Source of the DNA: Bacteroidota bacterium
GTDB lineage: Bacteria > Bacteroidota > Bacteroidia > Bacteroidales > Lentimicrobiaceae
Reading direction: 5' to 3'
Length of the DNA: 64,000 bases
Assembly (NCBI GenBank): GCA_023417935.1
Contig: JAEZDY010000022.1
Span: forward strand, 19,593-83,592
The notes below the pieces were generated by a model. The model was not told the DNA's origin and did not search any database. It was given only the letters and a program-made list of their open reading frames with translations. Below are positions 1 through 9,116 of the stretch, in pieces (the first letter of the stretch is position 1; each line of letters begins with the position of its first letter). The position numbers and the translations under genes are program-made.

Positions 1-923
1 TCTTTCAAGTTTTCATCCTTAACTATTTCTACATGATATACTTTCTCAAGTATCTTTTCTACCTCTTCCAATGCAGTATTATTGAAAACGATGTTACCGG
101 TTAGCCATGCATTATAGTTAGGGTTTGTATTAACTGACTTCTGTATGCTCTTTTCTTCAGTATTGATTAACGCAGCTTCGCCCGGTTTAAGTATCAGCTT
201 TTCTGATTCGTTGCCTTTAAAAAACAAAGAAACCTTACCTGTTTCAAGTACTACGTTCATTTCACCATCGCCAGCCTTGGTATTCACATTAAATTGAGTA
301 CCAAGTACCATGATCCTTAAATTATTACCTGATACGATAAAGGGGTGTTTCATATCATGTTGCACATTGAAATTGGCCTCTCCCTCAAGCGTTACATTGC
401 GTGTTTCCTTAACAAAAGATGCAGGATATCCAATTTTTGATCCTTTATATAATGTAATCACCGATCCATCAGGCAGCACATGCTCAATGTTAGCATCTTC
501 AGCATAAACTTCTGTCATTTCAGGGGAAGCAATAAGGTAGTATAGTATAGCGGCTGAAATAACAATTACTGCAAAGGATGCTGCTATCCTCCATGAACTG
601 ATCATACTTATAACAGTCGACCTCCTTTTTCTAATATTTGCTGGTTTTACATTATTTGAAATTGCTTTATCAGGGCTAGAAATAGAAGATTTCGCTGAAT
701 TGCCCAGGCGGGATGAGAAAGCCTCCCATTCCTTATTGATATCAATGGACGAAATGGTGTCTTTTGTAAGTAACATCCAGGTTTGGTGGTGTTCTTCAAA
801 TAAACTCCTGTTCACCGGGTCTTCAGCCAACCAGTCGTAAAGGCGGTTTATTTCCTCAGATGTTGCCTCACCGTGGAAATATTTAACCATCAGGTTGTTG
901 AAGTATGATTTCTTATCGTTCAT
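1..923 (-). CDS. FecR-family anti-sigma factor (3' end runs off window)
   Basis: Manual translation from ATG at 923 gives MNDKKSYFNNLMVKYFHGEATSEEINRLYDWLAEDPVN..., a TM segment (WRIAASFAVIVISAAILYY), then LPDGSVITL, LEGEANFNVQHD and VLGTQFNV FecR motifs. Lies directly downstream of an ECF sigma. Confidence 0.9.
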   Translation of the reverse strand, partial: MNDKKSYFNNLMVKYFHGEATSEEINRLYDWLAEDPVNRSLFEEHHQTWMLLTKDTISSIDINKEWEAFSSRLGNSAKSSISSPDKAISNNVKPANIRKRRSTVISMISSWRIAASFAVIVISAAILYYLIASPEMTEVYAEDANIEHVLPDGSVITLYKGSKIGYPASFVKETRNVTLEGEANFNVQHDMKHPFIVSGNNLRIMVLGTQFNVNTKAGDGEMNVVLETGKVSLFFKGNESEKLILKPGEAALINTEEKSIQKSVNTNPNYNAWLTGNIVFNNTALEEVEKILEKVYHVEIVKDENLK

Positions 924-968
924 ATTGTTTTTCGTCCGTCAGTTATACACTTAAAGCATCATTTACCC

Positions 969-1523
969 TTATTGTTTAAGAGATAAAAATATCAATATCA
1001 CTAATTTAAGATATCCCGCCAGACGGGTCCTTAGATATTGCAAAGCTTTTGACATCTGTGCTTCAACAGTTTTTACAGAAATGCCAAGCTTGTCACTGAT
1101 TTCCCTGTACTTAAGATTCTCATTGCGACTTAGCAGGAAAACCTCCCTGCATTTTTCGGGCAATTCACTTATGGCAGTCTGTATTGTAGTGTGCAACTCC
1201 TGCTCAGTAAGATGATCAGAATCAAAAGAATCGAATTGTTCCTCATTTGCAGGCAAATTCTCTATGTCCAGGAGGTTTGTGTGGAATTTCTTGTTATCAC
1301 GCAGATGGTTCAGGCACTTGTTGCGGATGCCCGTTGTAAGGTATGCTCTTACATTCCGGGTTACGTCAATTGATTCCCGCTTTTCCCATAGTCCCAGAAA
1401 AGCATCCTGCACTATTTCACGAGCGGCTTCACCATCCTTTACATAAGTTTGTGCGAAGAAACAGAGTCCCTTGTATTCAGAGCGGAACAATGATTCGAAA
1501 CTGATCCTGTCAAGTTGATTCAT
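969..1523 (-). CDS. ECF RNA polymerase sigma-70 factor (Bacteroidetes expansion type)
   Basis: Region 2 (IVQDAFLGLWEKR, RNKCLNHLR) and region 4 (LPEKCREVFLLSR..LKYREIS..LGISVKTVEAQM). Confidence 0.95.
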   Translation of the reverse strand: MNQLDRISFESLFRSEYKGLCFFAQTYVKDGEAAREIVQDAFLGLWEKRESIDVTRNVRAYLTTGIRNKCLNHLRDNKKFHTNLLDIENLPANEEQFDSFDSDHLTEQELHTTIQTAISELPEKCREVFLLSRNENLKYREISDKLGISVKTVEAQMSKALQYLRTRLAGYLKLVILIFLSLKQ

Positions 1524-1684
1524 TCGTTTCTGTACTGTGATAATACTGGTTCAATGTATAAATCAGCTGCATGACAGCTATATGCAATTACGGATGCTTG
1601 CAAAGATATCTAAAAGATCATTTAGAGTTAACTACGCCCATTTAACCTGCTCAGATACTTTTTTTAAACTAATTTTGCCGGTTC

Positions 1685-2848
1685 ATGCAACTTGTTAAGT
1701 TTATAAAACAAAGAATCAGCATTAACCGGAATGAATTATCCGGTGCTTTCGGTGATATAGGCACCGATCTGCCTCTTATTGTGGGTATGATACTGGCAAG
1801 TGGGCTTAACAGTGCCAATGTATTGATCGCTTACGGGGCTATGCATGTTATCACAGCTTTTATATATGGCATTCCAATGCCTGTGCAGCCCTTGAAAGCG
1901 GTTGCTATGATTGTTATTGCCCAGAAGATCTCACCGGAAATCATTTATGGTGGTGGATTGGCTATTGGCATCGTAATGCTGCTGTTAACTATTACAGGAG
2001 CTGTTGACATGATAGCAAAATATATTCCCAAGGTAGTGGTCAGGGGTATACAATTTGGACTCGGACTGCAGCTTTCAATGATTGCCCTCAGGGAATATGT
2101 TATGTCAGATTCTTTTAACGGTATAATGATTGCGGTAATTGCTTTTATTATAACTGTTGTGCTGATGGGCAATAGAAAATATCCACCTGCCATATTTGTA
2201 ATTGTACTAGGCATACTCTATGCACTGGTTACTCACTTTGATGTATTAGGTAACATCCGCCCTGTATTACCCTCAGTGCCTGAACTATACAAGCCTTCCT
2301 GGACTGATATCCTCACCGGCTTTATTATTCTTGCCCTTCCGCAAATACCCCTTTCAATTGGTAATTCAATTATAGCCACACACCGGATTGCTGGTGATTT
2401 ATTTCCTGAGAAAAGGGTGACATTAAAAAAAATAAGCTTTAGCTATTCTCTCATCAATATTATTAACCCAATGTTGGGTGGTATCCCCACCTGTCATGGT
2501 TCAGGAGGTATGGCAGGGCATTATGCCTTTGGTGCCCGCACAGGCGGTTCAGTTTTAATATACGGCACCCTCTTTCTTATACTTGGCTTGTTTTTCAGTA
2601 ATAGCTTTCAACTGATACTCAACATATTTCCACTGCCTGTTCTGGGTATAATCCTGCTGTTTGAAGGTTTGTGGCTGATGATGTTCATAAAAGATATAAT
2701 AGACTCAAAAAAGAGCTTTTTTATTGCCCTGCTCACTGCGTTGATTGCAGCTTTTTTGCCATATGGATATCTCATTGGCATGATCGTGGGAACTGTATTG
2801 TATTACATTTCTGATAAGCATATTAAGAGCTACCTCAAGATTCCTTAA
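1685..2848 (+). CDS. Putative molybdate/sulfate transporter (MOT1 family)
   Basis: ELSGAFGDIGT, PMPVQPLKA and PTCHGSGGMAGHYAFGARTGG motifs; multiple TM helices. Confidence 0.85.
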   Translation: MQLVKFIKQRISINRNELSGAFGDIGTDLPLIVGMILASGLNSANVLIAYGAMHVITAFIYGIPMPVQPLKAVAMIVIAQKISPEIIYGGGLAIGIVMLLLTITGAVDMIAKYIPKVVVRGIQFGLGLQLSMIALREYVMSDSFNGIMIAVIAFIITVVLMGNRKYPPAIFVIVLGILYALVTHFDVLGNIRPVLPSVPELYKPSWTDILTGFIILALPQIPLSIGNSIIATHRIAGDLFPEKRVTLKKISFSYSLINIINPMLGGIPTCHGSGGMAGHYAFGARTGGSVLIYGTLFLILGLFFSNSFQLILNIFPLPVLGIILLFEGLWLMMFIKDIIDSKKSFFIALLTALIAAFLPYGYLIGMIVGTVLYYISDKHIKSYLKIP

Positions 2849-2994
2849 GCAATTACCTGGCAGTTGTGAAAGCAGTGTATATTGTTTAATAGCTAAGGCT
2901 AATAGTGCAACCTTATGGTCAATTATACATCTTAAGTAAAATCAGGTATTTTTTTGTTAATTCTTTAAGCTAATAATCACTAAAACTTAAAGTT

Positions 2995-3852
2995 ATGAGA
3001 ACTATAATATTACTCCCTTTACTTCTGATAAGTTTCTTAACCCTGAATGCACAAACAAACCCGGATATTGAAGGTGACACTATGTTGTGCCCTGATACTG
3101 AGGGAACCGCCTATGTTACTAATCCTGTGTTTGATACTTATCAATGGTATTTTAAATATTGGTTCCTTCAGGATGATTTTGTACCAATAGAAGGGGCTAC
3201 CGGGCCAACGTTTACGTATGACTGGTTCACATACGACCAGGCACTCCTGAAAGTTATCGCCACAATTGGTGGTCAGTCATTTGAGTCAGATACATTACAA
3301 ATTGACAGTTATGCCTGGTTACCGATTTTTACAATGTATGAACTTGGCGATGGCGTTACTTTTGATCCCGAAACCGAAACTTTTATCCTGGATGAGGGTG
3401 CCGAATTTCCTGTGTCAATCAATAACCCTCCATACGACACTCTTATACAGTGGTATAGAGATGGTGATAGTATTGAAGGGGCTACAAATGCCACCTATGT
3501 AATACGCGATGCAGGTACATACTATGCAACTGCAGCGCCATCTTTCTGTCCGGGCAGCATAAGTACCAGTATGCCAATGGTTGTTACTATGGCGGTTGAT
3601 GTACCATTAATTGATCCTGCCACTGCAAGTATCTATCCAAATCCTGCAATTGATGAACTGAATATTGATCTTCCAAACAATTCAACATTCAAAGAATTCA
3701 TGATATTGGATCTTTCAGGGCGTATAATTATGCAGAAACCAATTGTGTCAGGAGTAAATAAAGTAGCTATTGATGAGCTGAACAGGGGTATATACTTAAT
3801 TAAACTGAAAGGTGATTCAGTACAAACTACCAAAAGGTTAATAAAGCAATAA
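2995..3852 (+). CDS. T9SS type A sorting domain protein with Ig-like segments
   Basis: Signal peptide; C-terminal IYPNPA...GIYLIKL...KRLIKQ. Confidence 0.85.
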   Translation: MRTIILLPLLLISFLTLNAQTNPDIEGDTMLCPDTEGTAYVTNPVFDTYQWYFKYWFLQDDFVPIEGATGPTFTYDWFTYDQALLKVIATIGGQSFESDTLQIDSYAWLPIFTMYELGDGVTFDPETETFILDEGAEFPVSINNPPYDTLIQWYRDGDSIEGATNATYVIRDAGTYYATAAPSFCPGSISTSMPMVVTMAVDVPLIDPATASIYPNPAIDELNIDLPNNSTFKEFMILDLSGRIIMQKPIVSGVNKVAIDELNRGIYLIKLKGDSVQTTKRLIKQ

Positions 3853-3957
3853 GCGAAAAAATTACTACCGTATTTAAGAGAAAAATACAGTACCCTGCAA
3901 TCCCGATTACTGAGAATTAATCAGTTAAGAACCCGGATTATAATTTAGTGACATCTT

Positions 3958-3992
3958 GTACTGCTCTTTTTTAGAAGGGCAGTACTTTTTTT
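3958..3992 (+). terminator. Intrinsic terminator
   Basis: GTACTGCTCTT/AAGGGCAGTAC stem followed by a T run. Confidence 0.7.
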
Positions 3993-4111
3993 GCACTATA
4001 TTATAAAATTACCTTTTTTAATCAAAGCATACTTCTTAATTTTACATGAAATTCAGCTTTGGATACTGAAATGTCAAGCTCAAGTTTTTATTTATTTAAT
4101 TCTTATCCGGT

Positions 4112-5491
4112 ATGAATGTAAAACATTTACTCTCAGTACTTTTTATTATTACAGGTATTAACCTCACAGCACAAGTCCCTGATATGACAGCACTTGGTCC
4201 TATGTATACATACGGCTGGGATACTATAAAACTTTATGATACTGATGGGCTAATTGAGCGATACACCCAAACTTATAATCAGCAAGGTAGAGTGACTATG
4301 CAGTATCATGAAGATTTTGGTATAAACCCATGGAATATTTCAACGAGGAAGAATTACACCTACGATGAAAATGGTAATATGGGTACTACACTTACTCAGA
4401 AAATTTTCCCCGACAGCATAGTAAATGCATCGTTATCACTCTTTGAATATAATGGTGCCAAGCAGTTACTAAGCCACCAGATACAGGAATGGAAGTATAA
4501 TACTACATGGGCTAATGCCTACAGATTTGAGTATGTATATGATAATAGTGGTAACCTTACTGAATATACTGAGAACTCATGGGCAGGTGGATGGAAGCCA
4601 ACACTCAGGAAGGTTTACACCTATAATTCAATTGACAGCCTCACAACAATGACCACTCAAATAGCTGTTGGTACTGAAATGGTTAACAACCAACGTGAAA
4701 CATACACCCGTAATCCACAGGGCAAATTAACCTCTCTATTATTTGAAGAATTTACAAACGGTGCTTGGAGGTTCTCAGTGAAAACAGATTTTACCTACCA
4801 TAACGATGGGAAAATCAGCACAAGGATTGAATCGCAATCTTATGACGGCGTGAACTTGGTTGAATTATTAAAATACAACTATGCATGGGACTCAGCCGGT
4901 AATCTCTCGCGTATTATGGAAGCTGAAAAACACGATAATCAATGGGTTGATTTCTTCATGACCAACCATTCGTATGATGCTAAAAAGCATCGTCTACAAA
5001 CAATTCGTGAGAAAAAGAAAGATGCTGACTGGACAAATTACGACAGGTGCACCTATACATATGATGCCAATGGGAGCACTGTTGAAGGTAAGTATGAAAC
5101 CTGGGCCGACGGTAACTGGTCGCCTTGGGTAGGCAGGTTGGAACAATACTACAATGGTAAGCACGACGCCTATGTGCAACTTTCTGCTTATCGTTATGAA
5201 GCTATATATAGATACATAGACCTTGGCATTGGTGAGAACAAAAATGTATCTGACTTTACTGTATATCCAAACCCGGCAACAAATGTAATTTCCATTTCAG
5301 GAAATGATAACCGTTTAGTTAACAGTATTGTGCTACTTGATTCACAAGGTCAGATCTGTCTTTCGCAGAAATCTAATGAAAGAGGCAGAATTCAGTTAAA
5401 TGTAAGCGCACTTTCGCCAGGTATTTACATCTTGCGCATTGAATCGCAGGGAAGAATTGAGAATAAAAAAGTGATAATCTCCAAACATTAA
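4112..5491 (+). CDS. T9SS cargo protein with ~28-aa Y-x-YD-x2-GN...W beta repeats
   Basis: Signal peptide; repeated YTYDENGN/YVYDNSGN/YTYDANG; CTD VYPNPA...GIYILRI...KKVII. Confidence 0.85.
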   Translation: MNVKHLLSVLFIITGINLTAQVPDMTALGPMYTYGWDTIKLYDTDGLIERYTQTYNQQGRVTMQYHEDFGINPWNISTRKNYTYDENGNMGTTLTQKIFPDSIVNASLSLFEYNGAKQLLSHQIQEWKYNTTWANAYRFEYVYDNSGNLTEYTENSWAGGWKPTLRKVYTYNSIDSLTTMTTQIAVGTEMVNNQRETYTRNPQGKLTSLLFEEFTNGAWRFSVKTDFTYHNDGKISTRIESQSYDGVNLVELLKYNYAWDSAGNLSRIMEAEKHDNQWVDFFMTNHSYDAKKHRLQTIREKKKDADWTNYDRCTYTYDANGSTVEGKYETWADGNWSPWVGRLEQYYNGKHDAYVQLSAYRYEAIYRYIDLGIGENKNVSDFTVYPNPATNVISISGNDNRLVNSIVLLDSQGQICLSQKSNERGRIQLNVSALSPGIYILRIESQGRIENKKVIISKH

Positions 5492-5571
5492 GCATGAGGT
5501 TCCAACGGGTAATGTGGATTAATTGTATAGAAGATCAGACATAGAGAGTAGTAATTTCAGACGAAAGATAT

Positions 5572-6237
5572 ATGATTCAACATAAATCAGGAAGGAGAGA
5601 ATTTCTCCGGTTGCTGGCCATAGGTGGCGGCGGCATGATTGTTATTGGGAAGTTCAACTTCCTGTTTGCCAATGGACCCGCTAACGGGGTGCTCAAGGCT
5701 ATAGTAGTTGACTTCGATAAATGTGCCGGTTGCCGAACTTGTGAAACAGCCTGCTCAGCATTTCATCATAAAGTTATGATTGATGGTGAATCACTTAATG
5801 GTTTAGGCAATCCAAAACTTGGCAATATTCAGGTGTACCACTTCAATCCTGATGTTGATATACCTTCGGTGTGTGCAAATTGTCCTGAAACTCCCTGTGT
5901 TAATGCATGCCCATCAAGTCCGGATGAAGACACCGGTTATGGAGCAATTTACAGGGATAAGGAAACAATGGCCATCCGAACCAATCATGAACTGTGTATA
6001 AGTTGCGGATCATGTGCACGTGCCTGTGAAGCAGACAGTACCGGCATAATAAAAATGAATCCTGTTACCAATTTTCCAGGTCATATATGCGACCACTGCA
6101 GTGGTGATCCGCAATGTGTGAAACACTGTCCTTATGGCGCATTGTCATTCCATGATGTAGATGTTAATGGAGCCTTTTTTGGCAAATCGCCGCAGGAAAT
6201 TGCTGATATATTGTTTGAACGCTATTATGCTAATTAG
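5572..6237 (+). CDS. Multi-[4Fe-4S] electron-transfer subunit with twin-arginine (Tat) signal
   Basis: N-terminal SGRREFLR plus hydrophobic stretch; four Cys groups (CAGCRTCETAC, CANCPETPCVNACP, CISCGSCARAC, CDHCSGDPQCVKHCP). Confidence 0.9.
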   Translation: MIQHKSGRREFLRLLAIGGGGMIVIGKFNFLFANGPANGVLKAIVVDFDKCAGCRTCETACSAFHHKVMIDGESLNGLGNPKLGNIQVYHFNPDVDIPSVCANCPETPCVNACPSSPDEDTGYGAIYRDKETMAIRTNHELCISCGSCARACEADSTGIIKMNPVTNFPGHICDHCSGDPQCVKHCPYGALSFHDVDVNGAFFGKSPQEIADILFERYYAN

Positions 6238-6247
6238 AAAGTAAACC

Positions 6248-8056
6248 ATGGATAAGATATACGGACAATACGGTGTGTTACTTGATATTAACCTTACCAC
6301 CGGGGAAATAAGAAAAACTCAAATCAGCAAGGAGGACTTAAAGAATTACTCAGGGGGCAGGGGACTAGGAATGAAGATTCTATGGGACCGTATTAAAGAT
6401 CCTGGTATAGATCCACTTGGACCTGAGAATCCGCTATGCTTCATGCCCGGACCATTCAGTGGTTTACCAATTCCTTCATCATCACGCACATGTGTAGTTG
6501 CAAAGTCCCCACGCACTTCCCCACTGAACAAAAAGTACCCACATGCTTCTACTGTTTCATATGCCAATATGGGTGGTTTCTTTGGTCCTGAAGTTAAATT
6601 TGCGGGATACGATGGAATAGTGGTAATGGGGAAGTCAGAATCACCGGTGTATATCCTGATTGAAGATGACAAAGTACAAATTATGAATGCCCGTCCATAC
6701 TGGGGTATGGGAACTGAGCACTTTGATAAAGTGCTTATTGATAAATATGGCAAGGGCTACCAATCGTGCTACATAGGACAGGGAGGTGAAAATTTGGTTT
6801 CATACGCCAGTGTGCTGAATACAGCTGCACGTGCTGCCGGTCGCGGAGGTGTAGGAGCTGTTATGGGCTCCAAGAACCTGAAGGCTATAGTAGTCAAAGG
6901 TTCACAACAACCTAACCTGGCAAAGCATAAGATGTATCTTGATCTGCTTGACAAGGTAAGAACAGCTTTCCGTGAGGATACTGAGGGTGTTGGTCACTGG
7001 CGCGAAGGTGGAACTGCAAATGCCCTTCAATATTCAAGCGATAACGGTACAATGGCGGTTAAGAATTACAGAGAAGGCACCTTCAAGGAAATTGAAATGA
7101 TCAATACAAAAGCTGCCAGAACACAGATATGGAAACGTGATTTTGCTTGTTTCTCTTGTCATCTTGCCTGCAAGAAGAGTGGTTTTGCCAAAGGTGCGTA
7201 TGGAGGTGTTGTGCATGATGGTCCTGAATATGAAACAGGTACCATGGTGGGGGCAAACCTCCTTATATCTGATCTGGCCGGGCTAAACAAGATCATTTAT
7301 GTATGCGATGATTATGGTATTGACATCATTACTGCCGGTAATGTGCTGGGCTTTTTAATGGAAGCTCGGGAAAAAGGAATGATCGATATCAACTATCTCG
7401 ATGGTATTGATCTCAAGTGGGGTGATGTTGATTCCTCTATTGCCATGATTCATAAAATTGTTAAACGTGAAAGTATTGGCAGGCTTGCCTCTATCGGTGT
7501 AAAAGCGCTGGCCGAGGATATTGGACAGGGTTCAGAAGCTTTTGCTATACATGTTAAGGGTCATGAATTGGCTGCATGGAATGTAAATACCAACGCTGAA
7601 AGAATGATGATCACCTATGCTACTGCAAATAGAGGAGCCTGTCATCTGAACAGTTCAGGACCTTCACGACAAAACCATAGTGCCTTGCAGGATTCCCTGG
7701 GGGCATGCAGCTTTGCAGGCAATTGGTATAAGGATGATATCTCTTACAGAAACTTTGTAGAAGCTATTACCGGTGCTGAAATGACTGATGAAGAATTCAA
7801 CCGTATTGGTGAACGTATCTTTAATCTTGAAAGGATGTTCAATAGCAGGGAAGGCTTTGACCGTGCAGATGATAAACTGCCCGGGCGTTTCTTTACTGAT
7901 GCCCACACCTATGGTAAAGGTGAAGGGGTATTGGCTACCCACGATGATTTTGAAGGATGGATTGAAAAGTATTACACTGATAGGGGTTGGGATGTTAAAA
8001 CAGGCAAACCTTCAGCGGAAAAACTTGCTGAGCTGGACCTGGAATTTACAATCTGA
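6248..8056 (+). CDS. Aldehyde:ferredoxin oxidoreductase (AOR) family W/Mo-pterin enzyme
   Basis: GGRGLG, GRGGVGAVMGSKNLKAI, CFSCHLAC, GPEYET, CDDYGID, RGACH and ERMFN.REG motifs. Confidence 0.95.
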   Translation: MDKIYGQYGVLLDINLTTGEIRKTQISKEDLKNYSGGRGLGMKILWDRIKDPGIDPLGPENPLCFMPGPFSGLPIPSSSRTCVVAKSPRTSPLNKKYPHASTVSYANMGGFFGPEVKFAGYDGIVVMGKSESPVYILIEDDKVQIMNARPYWGMGTEHFDKVLIDKYGKGYQSCYIGQGGENLVSYASVLNTAARAAGRGGVGAVMGSKNLKAIVVKGSQQPNLAKHKMYLDLLDKVRTAFREDTEGVGHWREGGTANALQYSSDNGTMAVKNYREGTFKEIEMINTKAARTQIWKRDFACFSCHLACKKSGFAKGAYGGVVHDGPEYETGTMVGANLLISDLAGLNKIIYVCDDYGIDIITAGNVLGFLMEAREKGMIDINYLDGIDLKWGDVDSSIAMIHKIVKRESIGRLASIGVKALAEDIGQGSEAFAIHVKGHELAAWNVNTNAERMMITYATANRGACHLNSSGPSRQNHSALQDSLGACSFAGNWYKDDISYRNFVEAITGAEMTDEEFNRIGERIFNLERMFNSREGFDRADDKLPGRFFTDAHTYGKGEGVLATHDDFEGWIEKYYTDRGWDVKTGKPSAEKLAELDLEFTI

Positions 8057-8176
8057 TCTAACCTGTTATTCATTGCCTGCGCAAATTATTAGATCCTATT
8101 TAACCTGTTATTCATTGCCGGTGCAAATTATTAGATCTGATATAACATGTTATTCATTGCCATTGCAATTTAATAG
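8051..8176. repeat. 42-bp tandem repeat, ~3 degenerate copies
   Basis: TAAC(C/A)TGTTATTCATTGCC starts at 8059, 8101 and 8143. Confidence 0.9.
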
Positions 8177-8316
8177 TTCTATGTCAGAGCTTAGGATTGC
8201 AGTAATCCTTGCCAATAATTGAACTCAAGTATAGCGTAGCAACAATTCCTTGATAATTTTTTAAGGGAATGTGCCTGTTTGTTTGTTCCATACTTGTAGG
8301 AACAGATAATCAGCAT

Positions 8317-9069
8317 ATGAAAAAGGATGAAGAAGAAGAAAGAACCAGTCTCATACAAACCCTGGATAATGTACTTGAAGGCCCGATAATCTTTCTAGGC
8401 TTTGTATGGTTGCTGCTCATCAGTGCTGAACTAATATGGGGGCTAAATCCGGCACTGGAGTTTGTGAGCTATGCTATATGGGGAATTTTTATAATCGACT
8501 TTCTTATCAAGTTTATACTGGCTCCACATAAACTCAAATTTTTTAAAACCAACTGGCTTACAGCCATATCGCTCATCATTCCTGCCATTCGACTTTTCAG
8601 GGTTCTAAGAGTACTACGTCTGATACGAGGTGTTCGATTAATAAGAGTGGTTTCATCGTTGAACCGAAGCATGAAAAGCCTTGCTGCAACAATGCAACGT
8701 AGGGGCTTTGCTTATGTGTTACTTTTATCAATAGCAGTAATTTTTGGTGGGGCTGCCGGCATGTTTGCCATTGAAAGAGGCAACCAGGGTTTTGAAACAT
8801 ACGGACTTGCGCTATGGTGGACAGCCATGAGAGTAATTACTTCAGGAAGCGACTTCTGGCCACTTACAGGTGAGGGCCGGGGATTGGCATTCATACTGGC
8901 CCTTTATGGTTATGCCATTTTTGGGTATGTAACTGCAACATTGGCAACATTCTTCATTGGACGAGATGCTGAAGACCGTTCAGCACCAATAGCTGGTGCA
9001 GAAGATCTACAGGAATTGAAAAGAATGGTTGCTCAATTGAGCAAAAAGCTTGATGATAATGTTAAATAA
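8317..9069 (+). CDS. Voltage-gated K+ channel-like ion transporter with atypical filter
   Basis: S4-like RLFRVLRVLRLIR; pore region WWTAMRVITSGSDFWPLTGEGR. ATG at 8317 preferred as start. Confidence 0.85.
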   Translation: MKKDEEEERTSLIQTLDNVLEGPIIFLGFVWLLLISAELIWGLNPALEFVSYAIWGIFIIDFLIKFILAPHKLKFFKTNWLTAISLIIPAIRLFRVLRVLRLIRGVRLIRVVSSLNRSMKSLAATMQRRGFAYVLLLSIAVIFGGAAGMFAIERGNQGFETYGLALWWTAMRVITSGSDFWPLTGEGRGLAFILALYGYAIFGYVTATLATFFIGRDAEDRSAPIAGAEDLQELKRMVAQLSKKLDDNVK

Positions 9070-9116
9070 GTTAAATGCCAGATTGGGAACCGGGTAAAAT
9101 ATGGTAATCCTCTTTT

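Noticed and set aside
8051..8176. Possible CRISPR array
   Set aside because: Units are contiguous with similar rather than unique spacers, and no cas genes are in the window.
7788..8222. 144-aa ORF with Cys-containing repeats
   Set aside because: Mostly an alternative frame of the AOR gene extended by the repeat; no independent coding evidence.
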